Below the pieces are notes generated by a model. That model was not told where the DNA came from, made no database searches, and saw only the letters and a list, made by a program, of their open reading frames with translations. The position numbers were made by a program, and so were the translations under genes. Shown here in pieces: positions 13,168-27,069 of a DNA stretch of 64,000 nucleotides (position 1 is the stretch's first letter; each line of letters opens with the position of its first letter). The stretch is from Eledone cirrhosa (lineage: Eukaryota): the NCBI GenBank assembly GCA_964016885.1, contig OZ024746.1, forward strand, positions 16,120,001-16,184,000, given 5' to 3'.

Positions 13168-13565
13168 TTTGATATCTCAGCCATTTTTGTTATTTAACTG
13201 GAAAATTTGCCCTAATGAACATCAAGTCGCCACCTGCAGCCTCAGATATTCAGGATGTATCGGAGGATCCTTGCTGTTCCCAGTAGGCATGCTTTCTGGA
13301 GTGTTCCAAAAAAACGGGACTTGGCAAATGTTCCTTAACCAGCCTTGGAAGCTCTTCGAGATAGTACCTAGTGGTCCTATAACAATGGGTAAGACCTTGA
13401 TCTCATGACATTTCCAAATCCTTTTCAGTTCCCACTTTAAATCCTGGTACCAGTTAATTTTCTCCTCCTTTTCTTGCATTTTTGTATCAAAGGGGCAAGC
13501 TACACCTGTAATCAAGCAAGCTTTATTTACCTTGTCAAAAACCACCAGGTCAGGCCTAGGAAAAA
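13165..13565 (-). mobile_element. 3' fragment of an R4/Dong-like element with restriction-like endonuclease
   Basis: RPDLVVFDK...KEEKINWYQDLKWELKRIW...LPIVIGPLG then (frameshifted) CLLGTARILRYIL*; bounded by (TAA)n. Confidence 0.85.
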
Positions 13566-14099
13566 AAATTATTATTATTATTATTGGCAGAAATAATTGA
13601 ATATTGGACTTGATACAGTTTTTAGTGATTTTATTGTGCTGGTCTTTCACTGTCTTCCCTTCTACTTGACAAAATCAATTCCAGTTAAAAACTATCAACT
13701 ATTTATTCAACTCTGCCGTTTCTTAGCAAAAACCTTTTCTCACTTTTAGATAAACTCAACAATTGTTGACACAAAACTTATTGGTCTTTAGTTAAACTCA
13801 ACAATTGTACTTAGAAAATATTTCTAACCAATAAAGACATCATTATTTACTGTTATAAATCCCATTACAACATAACACAGCATGTCTTATTATTATAACA
13901 AATTTAATTGCTTTTCTACACCCCAGCTTCCTGCCCTTCTGACCTCCTCTAGCATTCTCTCTCTCAAATACATACTCTCCCCCTCCCCCCTCATTCCCAA
14001 TCTGAGGTTTTAAGTCTGGTTGTGATATTTGTATGTTAGTAAACAGACATTGACTAAACATCCAAACACACACATACACAATTGATCCTCTACTTCACT

Positions 14100-14155
<56 letters not shown>

Positions 14156-14494
14156 CTCAACTATACTGTTTAAACATCTAAAGAAAAGCCCTCCTCCCAC
14201 CCCACATAGTCAGCAGTCCTCTTCCTCCACCTCATCCCATCACTGCTGTCAATAATAACAGAAGGTGTTCAGTGAAATGGTAAAATTCTATAAGTTGCCC
14301 CCTATCGGGGTAACAGTTCTCCCTTTGCCTATATCTGGTCCTTACAGCCAGATACCACTTCAAACTGATCACCTTCATTACCCCCACCCCACACACCCGC
14401 ATCATCACACAACTATAAGTATTGAGTCCTCACAATTTTGTATAAAACACACACAAACAAGAGACGACACCACCATAAAATGATAACTGCACAT

Positions 14495-14784
14495 ACATGT
14501 GTATATATATATATATATGTGTGTATATATATATTTATATATATTTATATGTAGGTATGTATATTTATATATATGTATGTATATTTATATATATGTATGT
14601 ATATTTATATGTATGTATGTATATTTATATGTATGTATGTATATTTATATGTATGTATGTATATTTATATGTATGTGTATGTATATTTATATATGTATGT
14701 ATATTTATATATATGTGTATGTATATTTATATATGTATGTATATTTATTTATATATATACATATACATATACATATATATATAC

Positions 14785-14848
<64 letters not shown>

Positions 14849-14912
14849 GTATATATATACATATATAAACGGAAAAAATGAAACGATATTTCATTTCCCA
14901 CTCTTAGTATAT

Positions 14913-14959
<47 letters not shown>

Positions 14960-14980
14960 AATATACATACATATATATAA

Positions 14981-15037
<57 letters not shown>

Positions 15038-15434
15038 TATATACATACCTACACAATCTATTTCATTACCTACAACTATTTACTTACAAAGTCTTCATAT
15101 TTTGCACTGGCATAATTTTCAAATTTGCAATTTTCTTGTGATCTCATGCACACACACACTCATGAACACATACATACATACATACATACATACATACATA
15201 CATACATACGTACATATATACGCACACACATACACACAGACATACTGACACACACACACACACACACACACTGAAGCATTGAGATAGACACACACAGACA
15301 CACACACTGATACATAGACACACATTGATATGACACAGGCTGATACAGACGCACACTGACACAAATACAGACACACACAACAAAGACATACACAATGCAC
15401 AGTGACACATACTCACACAAACACACAGTGAAAC

Positions 15435-15476
<42 letters not shown>

Positions 15477-17583
15477 ACAGACAGACAGACAGACACAGAC
15501 AGAGTGTAATTTGTATGTTTAACCGTTTCACTTCCATTCCAAAAGAAATCAATGTTTTCCTTTGAGTTCTGCTGTTAAATATTTAGTCTTAGAAGAGAAA
15601 TTGTTAGAAAGAAGCAACTGTTGCTGTGTTGGTGATGTCTATTGTCTGATGGTGCCATCTCCTCCTCATATTGGCACACCTACACACACACACATAGACA
15701 TATGGCACACAGTGGCACATATACAGTCACACACACATACACATAGACATATGGCACACAGTGGCACATATACAGTCACACACACATACACACATTGGCA
15801 CACACACACACACATAGACATATGGCACACAGTGGCACATATACAGTCACACACATTGGCACACAGTGGCACATATACATAGACATATGGCACACAGTGG
15901 GACATATACAGTCACACACATACACACATTGGCACACCTACACACATACACACATTGGCACACACACACATAGACATATGGCACACAGTGGCACATATAC
16001 AGTCACACACACATACACACATTGGCACACACACACATAGACATATGGCACACAGTGGGACATATACAGTCACACACATATACACACATTGGCACACACA
16101 CACATAGACATATGGCACACAGTGGCACATATACAGTCACACACACATACACACATTGGCACACACACACACACATAGACATATGGCACACAGTGGCACA
16201 TATACAGTCACACACATATACACACATTGGCACACACACATAGACATATGGCACACAGTGGCACATATACAGTCACACACACATACACACATTGGCACAC
16301 ACACACACACATATACATACAGATATTGGCACACACACACACACACATACATACAGATATTGGCACACACACACATACAGATATTGGCACACTCACACAT
16401 ACAGATATTGGCACACTCACACATACAGATATTGACACACACACACATACATATATTGACACACACACACACACACATACAGACATTGGCACACACACAC
16501 ACACACATACAGACATTGGCACACACACATACAGATATTGACACACACACACACACATACATATATTGACACACACACACATACAGACATTGGCACACAC
16601 ACATACAGATATTGACACACACACACACACATACATATATTGACACACACACACATACAGATATTGGTACACACACATACAGATATTGACACACACACTC
16701 ACACATACAGATATTGGCACACACACATACATACAGATATTGACACACACACACATACAGATATTGACACACACACACACACAGATATTGACACACACAC
16801 ACACACATACAGATATTGACACACACACATACAGATATTGACACACACTCACACATACAGATATTGACACACACTCACACACATATATTGACACACACAC
16901 ACACATACAGATATTGACACACACTCACACACATATATTGACACACACACACATACAGTATTGACACACATACATACACATATTGACATACACACACATA
17001 CAGATATTGGTACACTCACATACAGATATTGACGCACACACATACAGATATTGACGCACACACATACAGATATTGGTACACACACATACAGATATTGGTA
17101 CACACACATACAGACATTGGTACACACACATACAGATATTGGTACACACACATACAGATATTGGTACACACACATACAGACATTGGTATACACACATACA
17201 GATATTGGTACACACACATACAGATATTGGTACACATACATACAGATATTGGTACACACACATACAGATATTGGTACACACACATACAGACATTGGTACA
17301 CACACATACAGATATTGGTACACTCACATACAGATATTGACGCACACACACATTACACTCACGCATACAGATATTGACACACACACACATATTGGCATAC
17401 ATACAGACACATATACACAGACACTTACATTGGTACATTGGCACACACACATACATTGGCACACACACATACATTGGCACACATGTATGCACACGTTTTC
17501 ATTCACATACATACACACTTACATACACTCACTCACACATATACACTTACTCTCATTCTTAAAAGTGCTCATGCACTCACATT

Positions 17584-17625
<42 letters not shown>
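14495..17625. repeat. Compound microsatellites and CA-rich minisatellites (units built on ATTGGCACAC and CATACAGATATTGGTACACA)
   Basis: Direct inspection; short unique interruption at ~15500-15665. Confidence 0.95.
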
Positions 17626-17626
<1 letters not shown>

Positions 17627-17761
17627 GAAGTAAAAAAGAAATAAATTAAGTCAAAAAGAAGGAAGGACTGAAAAACTGAAATGTAAATAATAATAATAAT
17701 AATAATAAAAAAAGATAAAAACACAAATTCTAAAGAATTTGACTTAGATTGTATCATTATA

Positions 17762-17792
<31 letters not shown>

Positions 17793-17795
<3 letters not shown>

Positions 17796-17979
17796 GCCGT
17801 GGATTGGCAGTATCGGTAAAGGGTCGGACGCCATGCTTTGCAGCACAGCTACGTCCCTTTACAGACTGAGTTCTAATCCCGCCGAGGTTAACTTTGCCTT
17901 TCATCCTTACGGGGTCGATAAAATAAAGTACCAGTAATACCCTGGCATAATTGCTGGCCTTGTGCCAAAAGTAGAAACA

Positions 17980-17985
<6 letters not shown>
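17793..17985 (+). mobile_element. SINE S1, near-intact, flanked by (ATT)n
   Basis: GGATTGGCAGTATCGGTA...GAGTTCTAATCCCGCCGAGGTTAACTTTGCCTTTCATCCTTACGGGGTCGATAAAATAAAGTACCAG...AGAAACAATTATTATT. Confidence 0.9.
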
Positions 17986-18026
<41 letters not shown>

Positions 18027-18359
18027 CATCATCATTACCTGTTTACCTTATTGTAAGGGAGTTTGGAATACTATTAGGTTTATACTCTCATATTTCTTCA
18101 GAAAAATATGGCAGGATTAAATTCTTTATTTTTGTTCATTTTATGTTTATTTTTAAGAAAAAAACTAAATGAAGAAATTATTCTATTTTCTTCAAAACCA
18201 TTGCAGGTTGATATTTCTTCCTTACATATTATTTTTGGACTTCATATCCCCCATTCAGCTTGGTATTTAAAAATAACAACAAAAAAATACAAATTAATAA
18301 TATTCGCTGACATTTTGAGATATTAGTACAAAAATACAAGAAGGGCATGATTAGGAGAT

Positions 18360-18721
18360 ATTTATACATATATATATATATATACACATATGTATATATA
18401 TATATATAATATATATATATATATATAATATATATATATATAATAGATATAGATATATAATATATATATAATGTCTCTTTGAAGAACTAGAAATACACTA
18501 ATTCCAATAAATTGTGTGGTCGGTCTTCCTTCTTTTTTCTATGATCCTATTTCTTAACAAATGTGAAAGAAACCATAAAAACAACAACAAAAAAAAAGAA
18601 AATCTCCTAAAAATTAAAATAAAACTGCTGGGAAAGAAGACTGGAGTAAAACTAAAACGAGGCTCATAAATTATTAATAATACATTGACTGTATTTGACA
18701 TGACACATGGTGTTGTTTTTT

Positions 18722-18756
<35 letters not shown>

Positions 18757-18941
18757 GTGTGTGTGTGTATATATATATATATGTGTGTATATATATATAT
18801 GTGTGTATATATGTACATGTGTGTATATATATGTGTGTATATATATATATATGTGTATATGTATATATGTATATGTGTATATATGTACATGTGTGTATAT
18901 ATATGTGTGTATATATATATGTGTGTATATGTATATATGTG

Positions 18942-18972
<31 letters not shown>

Positions 18973-19482
18973 GTATATGTATATATATATTATATATAAG
19001 TATGTATATATATACATTATATATACATATATATATATATGTATATACACACATATATATATATATACATATTACATATATATATATATATATATGTATA
19101 AACATATTACATATATATATGTATATACATATTACATATACATATATATTTATGTACATATTACATATATATATATAATATGTATGTCCATATTACATAT
19201 ATATATATGTATGTACATATTACATATATATATATATATACATATTACATTTATATATGTATATACATATATATTATGTATATATAAATATATATATATA
19301 TATTTGTATGGATATTTTATGTATATAAGCGTATGTATATTTTATTTATATATGCATATATATATTATATATATATATGTACATATATGTCATATATATA
19401 TATTTTTATATATATTATATATATATGTATATATGTATATTATATATATATTTGTATATATATATATATATATATATATTTG

Positions 19483-19519
<37 letters not shown>

Positions 19520-19545
19520 ATATAGGTATGTATATGTGTGTTTGA
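18360..19545. repeat. (TA)/(TG)-rich microsatellite region
   Basis: Direct inspection. Confidence 0.9.
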
Positions 19546-19576
19546 GTGCATATGTTTTTTTTCTTATTTTCCCCAG

Positions 19577-20560
19577 CCCCTTCTGATCAAACTGACTGAA
19601 ATAGTTTGCGTAATCTGTAAACCTTCTCTGGTTGTGAATGTCAGATCAGTGATGTTGTGAACTGCATGGTTGTGAAACGTCAGATCAGTGCTCTTGTAAA
19701 ATGTATGGTTGTGAAACACTGGGCCATTTGCTCTTGTGAACCGTATGGTTGTGAACCCTGGGTCATTTTGCTCTTGTGAAAACGTACGGTTGTGAATGCC
19801 GACCCATTCATAATTCTTCACAGCCCACTTATTTCTTATACTTGAATGAGTGGGAGTGTTTTGTTTTTTTAAAGATTGTTCAATTGTTTTTTTTTTGTTT
19901 TTTTTTTCTATTATCCACTTGCTTTGTATATTACAGATCTGTGTTCACAACAGATCATCCAGATCTTGTTCACATCTTGTCTACTGAATGAACAAGACAG
20001 TAAAAAAAAATAAATGAAGTCTACGAAACCCCTCGTGTAAAAAATTCAGTAGATGATCCGTTCCAAACATTTAGGATTTTTTTGTTTATGTTTTTTTTTT
20101 ATATATATATAAAAAATTCTTTAATTTTTCTGTTTCAGTTTTTGCATACAGTTATATATTTTCATTATATAAAAAAAAACAAAACAAACCTAAAAAAGAT
20201 CATTCTTACAAAATAATTTAACAAATTAACCTGTAAGAGTTGATCTTCACTAAGCATTAAATAATTTGAGTTTGAAATCAACCAATGACATATTTGTAAT
20301 TAAGTCAAAATTGGAACCATTGAAAAATAGTTTTAACAAGCTACTTGATTTTTTTTTAAACCGTTTTTTTTTTTTTATTGAACCAACGATATTTATGTTT
20401 ACAAATTTAAGGGTTGATTCCCTTCCTACAAACTCACTGTGCACTTGTGTATGACTGAATAAAAATTTCAATTCTTTTTGAACTTCTATAAAAATAATCC
20501 TGTTTTAATTTGTTTTCAAAATTCTTAAGAGTTGATTTTCAATAAAAGTACAAATTCATT
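19577..20560 (+). other. Candidate terminal exon with 3' UTR of the upstream + strand gene
   Basis: TTTTTTTCTTATTTTCCCCAG acceptor; stop codons reached within 30 codons in all three frames; U-rich unique sequence with AATAAA at ~20458 and ~20541. Confidence 0.4.
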
Positions 20561-20884
20561 GAATTTGCTACAAACTTTGCCTTGTCTTAATGGATGACTA
20601 CAATTCTTCTAGGAGAGGTGCAGTTTGTCAAAGAGTGAATTCATATCTTGTCTCTGTGGCTGTGCTCTATTCCTGACCAAATAAAAAAAAAGATAGTGGA
20701 GTTAATCTGTCACCTTGTTTAACACAAACCCCTGATCTGTCATCTGGTTTAACACAACCCCTTGATCCTCAGGGTTCATTTTGTTGCAAATATTTTGTCT
20801 CCAGTTTAAGGGTAGCTCCTCCAGTCTTGAAGCTCGAGAAAATTCTCCCTGATTAAATGGTCAACCAGCAACAACAATATATAT

Positions 20885-20934
<50 letters not shown>

Positions 20935-20939
<5 letters not shown>

Positions 20940-21285
20940 CAACTAGAGTACATAACTCAGAGATCAGAGAGTTGCTTCAGTTAGAGCCGCTACTTCTCTG
21001 AATTGAGAGATCACAGCTCCAATACTATGGGGGGCAGGTGGCTAAAATATCTCAGGAAGGAATTGCTGGTGAGATTTTACAGGCAAAATCAACTGACAGG
21101 AGACCCATGGGTGGATCATGAGCAAAATGGTTGGATAACATCCATGAGCTCAGCTGGTCTTGCTTGTGGATCCAGCCGGGTCAGTTGGAGAGAGTTTCTT
21201 GTGGTAGGAGCAGCTAGAAGGAGTGATTGAAGACTCTGGTCCCACGACCACCCCAGAAATAGTGGCCAAAGAAGAACAATATATA
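20935..21285 (+). mobile_element. Degraded 3' end of an RTE-clade LINE (related copy at 37680-37995)
   Basis: Broken frame reading RELLQLEPLLL.IERSQLQYYG...KWLDNIHEL, typical of the post-RT region; shared GATCACAGCTCCAATA and GGTTGGATAACATCCATGAGCTCA with 37680-37995. Confidence 0.65.
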
Positions 21286-21292
21286 TATATAC

Positions 21293-22554
21293 TGTTAGGA
21301 AGATCCACAGGTGAGAATTGAAATCATGACGTTCAAATTATTAAGGCAGACCAAGTCATTGCTTTTCTACAAATGTAAAATAATCCACTTGGTGGGGAAG
21401 GGGGGTGCAGGCGTGTAAATATTTGTCATGCAAAATGGATTGCTTATTACTAGGACAAGTATTACCCATTGAGCAAATCTACTATTGTCCAATCAGAGTA
21501 TGACATGCATGCATGTTCCAGAACATTCTAAAGTCTTAACTTTAGAGAATCGGTGCCGTCATCTCTCATTGTTTTTCTGATAGTTCAAAGAAAGCCATTC
21601 GTCATATGAAGTCACCCACTTATCATCCACAGTCTAATGGTCAGGCAGAATGTTCCATTGATTCATTCAAGTGGGCATTACTAAAGTCAAAGGGAAAGGG
21701 GGTGCCAAAGGAAATAATATTAACCTTCCTATTAACATACAGAAACATCCCTAATCCAAATGTACCAGGTGGAAAATCATCAGGTGAATATATGTTTGAA
21801 AGAAAACTACGACCAACGTTTCATTGCTTGATTCCAACTCATCAAAATGCAGATGATAATGACTCCAAAAATGAAAATTCACAATTAGGATGGAAGGTGC
21901 AACCAGACGATACTGTACTTGTTCATAACCATCATAGACCAATAAGATGGACAACAGAAGTGGTTATACACAAATGGGGAAAGATGATTTATGGAATCCA
22001 AGTTGGACTTAAACGTCTGGGCAAGACATATTAACCAGATGCATTACAAAAGTGAACTTTTACATTAGGATAGGTCGCAACTACCACTTAAAATCATTTT
22101 AGACGCCTTTAACCTACCCGTCACCGACAATAGTCAAATATTAAACCAAACTCATTGGCGTTTTACTCGCCAAAGAAAACAAGTATCTCCTCTGAAGGTA
22201 AAACCTCGTCTATGATCATAAGTCTAATGACTTCAAAGGGGGAGCTGTTAGGAAGATCCACAGGTGAGAATCGAACCATGACCTTCAAATTATCAAGGAA
22301 GACCAAGTCATTGCTTTTCTACAAATGTAAAATGATCCACTCAGTGGATATTTGGTATGCAAAATGGATTAGTCGAAATTAGACAAGTATCACCCACTGG
22401 GTGAATCTACTATTGTCCAATCAGAGTATGACACACATGCATGTTCCAGAACATTCTAAAGTCTTTACATGAATGTAGAGGACATGTAGTTGTTTGTACA
22501 TCTTTCAATATATATTGATTTACTCATTTCAATTGTTGTAAAAAAAACATAACA
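21293..22554 (+). mobile_element. Internally deleted Ty3/Gypsy LTR retrotransposon remnant
   Basis: Two similar LTRs starting TGTTAGGAAGATCCACAGGTGAGAAT (21293 and 22246); purine-rich PPT AAAGGGGGAGC before the 3' LTR, which ends ...TAACA; integrase fragment SPTYHPQSNGQAE...FLLTYRNIPN (21606-22034). Confidence 0.9.
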
Positions 22555-22689
22555 TCCACCAATGAAATATATACACACTTCAGGAAAAAAAAAATATATA
22601 TATACATACTGCACAAAGCCAGTCCCACTCTCTTAAGCAAGATGATATTTACCAAAAAGAAGAACAAGTCAACATCATTGGATACCATC

Positions 22690-22955
22690 AGAGTTGCAGG
22701 TGTTATATCAGAGTTTTCCTTCTCCTAGAATTCTGCCTTGACAAAGGCTAAGGGGTCATCTCTCCCGGTGATTTTGGATGGCCATTGACTCTTAAGAGCT
22801 CCTTTGCCCTTTGACAGGTTTTGTTTTTAGTCCTGCAGGATGTCTAAAGCCACCCTCCTCACCAAGAAACCTTGGTGAGGTTGCCAGTTTAGTCGCCAAT
22901 GGCCCGACCATGAGACAGGTTGTACTGGGATACCAGTAGCACCAACTGGTGACCT
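22690..22955 (-). mobile_element. Probable RTE-type 5' region fragment
   Basis: GC-richer island; minus strand contains GGCGACTAAACTGGCAACC and CTAGGAGAAGGAAAACTCTG motifs resembling RTE 5' ends. Confidence 0.4.
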
Positions 22956-24584
22956 GACATAGATACATACATTACATACATTACATACATACATTACATA
23001 CATTACATACATTCATACATACATACATACACACACATACATACATACATACATACATACATATTCAATTATTCAACAATATATTTCTTGCATCAAGATA
23101 TCTCAACATGGAAATGCATCTTTTGTTTGTATGTGTGTATATATATAGGTATTTAAACAAGAAAAACAACAAGTTTTTCTTTTCCTAGCGTGTGTTTACA
23201 TTTTTTTGGCAGACTCTGTTTATATATCAATATATATCAGCAAAAATATAATTTATGCATAAAAATATAAACTAAAATCAATTAATTAAAATTCAGAAAC
23301 CTTCTTCCACTTTGGAATTGAGAGTAGATCTCCATCAATATTTTTATGAAGATATATGTGTGTGCGTGTGTGTGTGTATCCCCAGATAACAGTGAACATA
23401 TAACATGTTCAAATATAGATACAGAATAATCTAACTCAGTAGATGACCATTAATAACAGGTGATAAGGTTAAGTAACTTTCATATCTTGAATGAAGGTAG
23501 AAAAACATAAAGGAAGAAGAAAATAAAAATTTCTTTATAATTTTGTTTGAAATATATTCATTGGTGAATTAACGTGGAAAATTATTACATATTGATAAAA
23601 TGTCAGAAGAATGACAAGAAGAAACTGAACCTTGTGAAGGAGATGACACAAGACTGAGATGACTGACAATGTTCTAACAATGGGAAAGTTTCTTATATTA
23701 CTAGATATTTCCACAATTTTCATTATTTTCAAAGTTAATTGAAAATAATCATTAGTGTCTTTTATTATAAATATGGTAGAGAAAAGGTTAAATGTGTGAT
23801 ATTGGGGAAGATGTTCATAAAAAGGTTTATTGTCTTTAGAAGGTTCTTCAGACATCTTAGGAATCAAAATAGTCAGCTTCAAAGTAAAGAAACCTTAGAC
23901 CATTCTTTAACCAGGAAAAGTGGGTGGACTTGAAACTTAATAGCAGGACAGGCCATTCCATACTGACCAGAGTTTTGTTGGACTTTTGGGACAGTTAAAA
24001 TATTAGGTCTGTTTCACTGCTGACTTTAAGACATATTGTCTTCAACTCTACTAATTCTGATCATGCTACACCCTTTTTTAATAAATATAATACCTGGATA
24101 CAAAGGTGCTGTAAAATCGGTATTGTCATTATCCCTATCGTCATCATCATCAGATGTTAAACGATGATGACAATGATGATGATGATACAGCCCCAATTTT
24201 CCAGTAGCCTTTGTTCCAAACCAAGGCCAGATTATCCAAGTTACTTGACTATATTTATTATTTTATTTAAACGTCCGTAAAGAGCTAGTAAGTCATGACA
24301 GATTAAGAGAAGTATCTAGTTCTTCTTACAGTTAAAAAACAAAGAACAAAAAAAAAACAAGGTAGATATAGATAAGTGAATATAAAAATAAAAATAATTC
24401 ACTAGAAACATACTCTCTTCTCTTCGTCCTATGACTTCTGATGGTGCCATAAGGGTGCCATATTAAGGTACAGTGTTTCTAGGGTAGTTTTAAACCTGGT
24501 GGAGTCCATCTCTCCTCCAGGGCTGAATACAACCGAAGGATAGAAATTGAGAGAATGGAAGTGAGAAAAAGATATAGAGGAAGA

Positions 24585-24930
24585 ATCAACCCCAGTACTA
24601 GATTGGTACTTTTTTTTTATCAACCTTGGATGGATGAAAGGCAGATTTGAACTCAGAATGTAAAGGGCTGTAACTATATGCCACAAAGCATGTTGTCCGA
24701 TGCCCTATCAATATTGTAAATCCATCACCATTTTTAATAATTGTTTCTGATTTAGGCACAAGGCCAACAAGCTTTGGGGGGGGGGGGAAATTGATTAAAT
24801 CATCCCCTGTGTGTTACTGGTACTTTATTTTATCAACCTCGTAAAGATGAAAGACAAAGCTAACCTTGGTGGGATTTGAACTCAGCATGTTGTCCAACGC
24901 TCTACCGATTACTGCCAGTCCACCACCTTG
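24585..24930 (-). mobile_element. Two tandem SINE S1 copies, antisense
   Basis: Reverse-complement core CTGGTACTTTATTTTATCAACC...GATGAAAG...GATTTGAACTCAG. Confidence 0.8.
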
Positions 24931-25603
24931 TACCTGTATTAATAACGGTATCTTTGCAAGTGTATTATAGGAGAAGTACTGAGCAACAGATTAGGGCCAG
25001 TGTTCATATCTTTCATGAGAGGATTAGCTACAATATAATATATAGAAGCAATTTCCAACTGCAGATAAAAAGAAACTGAAATATAGACAGTAAGAGATAA
25101 CTGTTTTGTCACAGAGCATCATCTTTATTGATAACAACAATAACGACAACAATAATGACAATAATAATGGCAACAATAACAACAAGAACATGGATGACAA
25201 CAATAACAACAACACTGACAATGACTACAACAAGATCAACAACAATGACAACAATGAAAAATACAACAACAATGAAAACCTCAACAACAATGTGGCAACA
25301 TAATGCCTGTATTGTTGTCAGGCAAGCTGTATCTAATAGGTATTTAGTTAAACAATCTAATAATAAACAATATAAAACTAGATATTGTTTTGATACAAGA
25401 ATTGTGCCTCAGTTTCTCAGTATAATGGGAAACACTTCATGTATTGTTAGAGTTTTCACCCTGCCCATCTTTCCCCCCACCACCTCTCTCTCCGTATATA
25501 TGTGTGTGTATATAATATTATACATATATATATAATATATATATATGTATAATATACATATATATGTATTATGTATAATATATATATATGTATTATATAT
25601 ATG

Positions 25604-25673
<70 letters not shown>

Positions 25674-25781
25674 GCCTGTCTGTCGTTCAGTTTTCTCCTA
25701 ATTCTATTTTTTCCCAGATAACATGTCTTTAAATGATTTGTGGTTATGCTGTTAATATCTAAAAAAAAAAAAAAAAAAAAG

Positions 25782-25818
<37 letters not shown>

Positions 25819-25831
25819 ACACACACGCACA

Positions 25832-25889
<58 letters not shown>

Positions 25890-26102
25890 AACAAATCAAC
25901 AACAAAATGTACAAATTCACATATAAGATACATATTAACAACTATACATATATTGATAATAGAAATATATACAAGTACACACACCCTCACAAGCATATAA
26001 TATATATATATGTATATATAAACATACATGTAAATATATATGTATATATATGTGCATATATATATATGCATATATATAAGTGTATATATATATATTTGTG
26101 TG

Positions 26103-26134
<32 letters not shown>

Positions 26135-27069
26135 ACACACACACACAATAGAATGTATATATACAGAAGTACATACGAAATTTGTGAGTACGTTGCACTA
26201 TTTATCTTGATTTTATCATATTAATTTTTTTTCTGTTTTTTGTTCAATTTTCTTGAATGGAACCTTTTATCAAGTTATTGTCTCTCCATCTCATCTCAGC
26301 CAACATATCATCATCATCACCATCTTCATCATCCTCACCACCATCATCATCACGGTCATCCTATTTGAGGTTCTAAAGAAACTAGAATGTCCATCCATTT
26401 GTCTGTCAATACACACTTATCTCTTCGCTCTCCAGGGGATGTTATATATTCTTTCTTTTGTTTTACAGTTTTAAGCCTATTTGCATATTGATGAAGAAAG
26501 AGATTTTTTTTTTGTTGTAGTTGTTTTTCTTATATCAGGATACCCTTCCAATCATTAACCACTTAATACTAGTGTGGAAACTGCGATTCGTTTTTAGCTG
26601 TGATAGCAGTTCTGTAACACCTGATGGAATCATAGGGGACGCTGTTGAGGCATAGAGCGTTTCTTGGGCATTTTAAACCTTGTGGAGCTCATCTCCTCTC
26701 CAGGTCTAAACACAGCAGATTTCTTCCAGATAAGGATAGAAAGTGAGAGAATGGAAGTGAGACAGAGATATAGAGGAAGAATCTGGTACTTGATAGGAGA
26801 GAGCCGGAACGAATAATACAAAGCATTCTATTTAACATTCTAACAACTCTGCCAATTCGTCACCTCTTCAATTGTGATAGACACCATATATGAGGTGTTG
26901 TATTAGCTGTAGGGGAAGCTTGGGAAAGTGGAAGTCATTAAGGTGTAATACAAAAAATACTTTGCTATATGTTCCAGCTTACTACTTGCTGGGTTTGAAT
27001 CCTGCTGAGGTCAACTTTGCCTCTCATCCTTTTGAATGATGTAAATAAAACACTAATTCAGAATCATAC

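Noticed and set aside
9404-19586. Dozens of long ORFs rich in Y/I/M/C/V or H/T (also 25409-26224, 35840-37515, 46836-47534)
   Set aside because: Translations of (TA)n, (CA)n and (TG)n, which lack stop codons; open in several overlapping frames
24420-24560. Short dispersed repeat also at ~8590, ~26630 and ~48000 (TTTAAACC..GTGGAG..CATCTC)
   Set aside because: A real but highly decayed interspersed repeat that could not be classified
25106-25303. Poly-Asn/poly-Thr ORF
   Set aside because: Degenerate (AAC/AAT/GAC)n trinucleotide repeat with no convincing splice context
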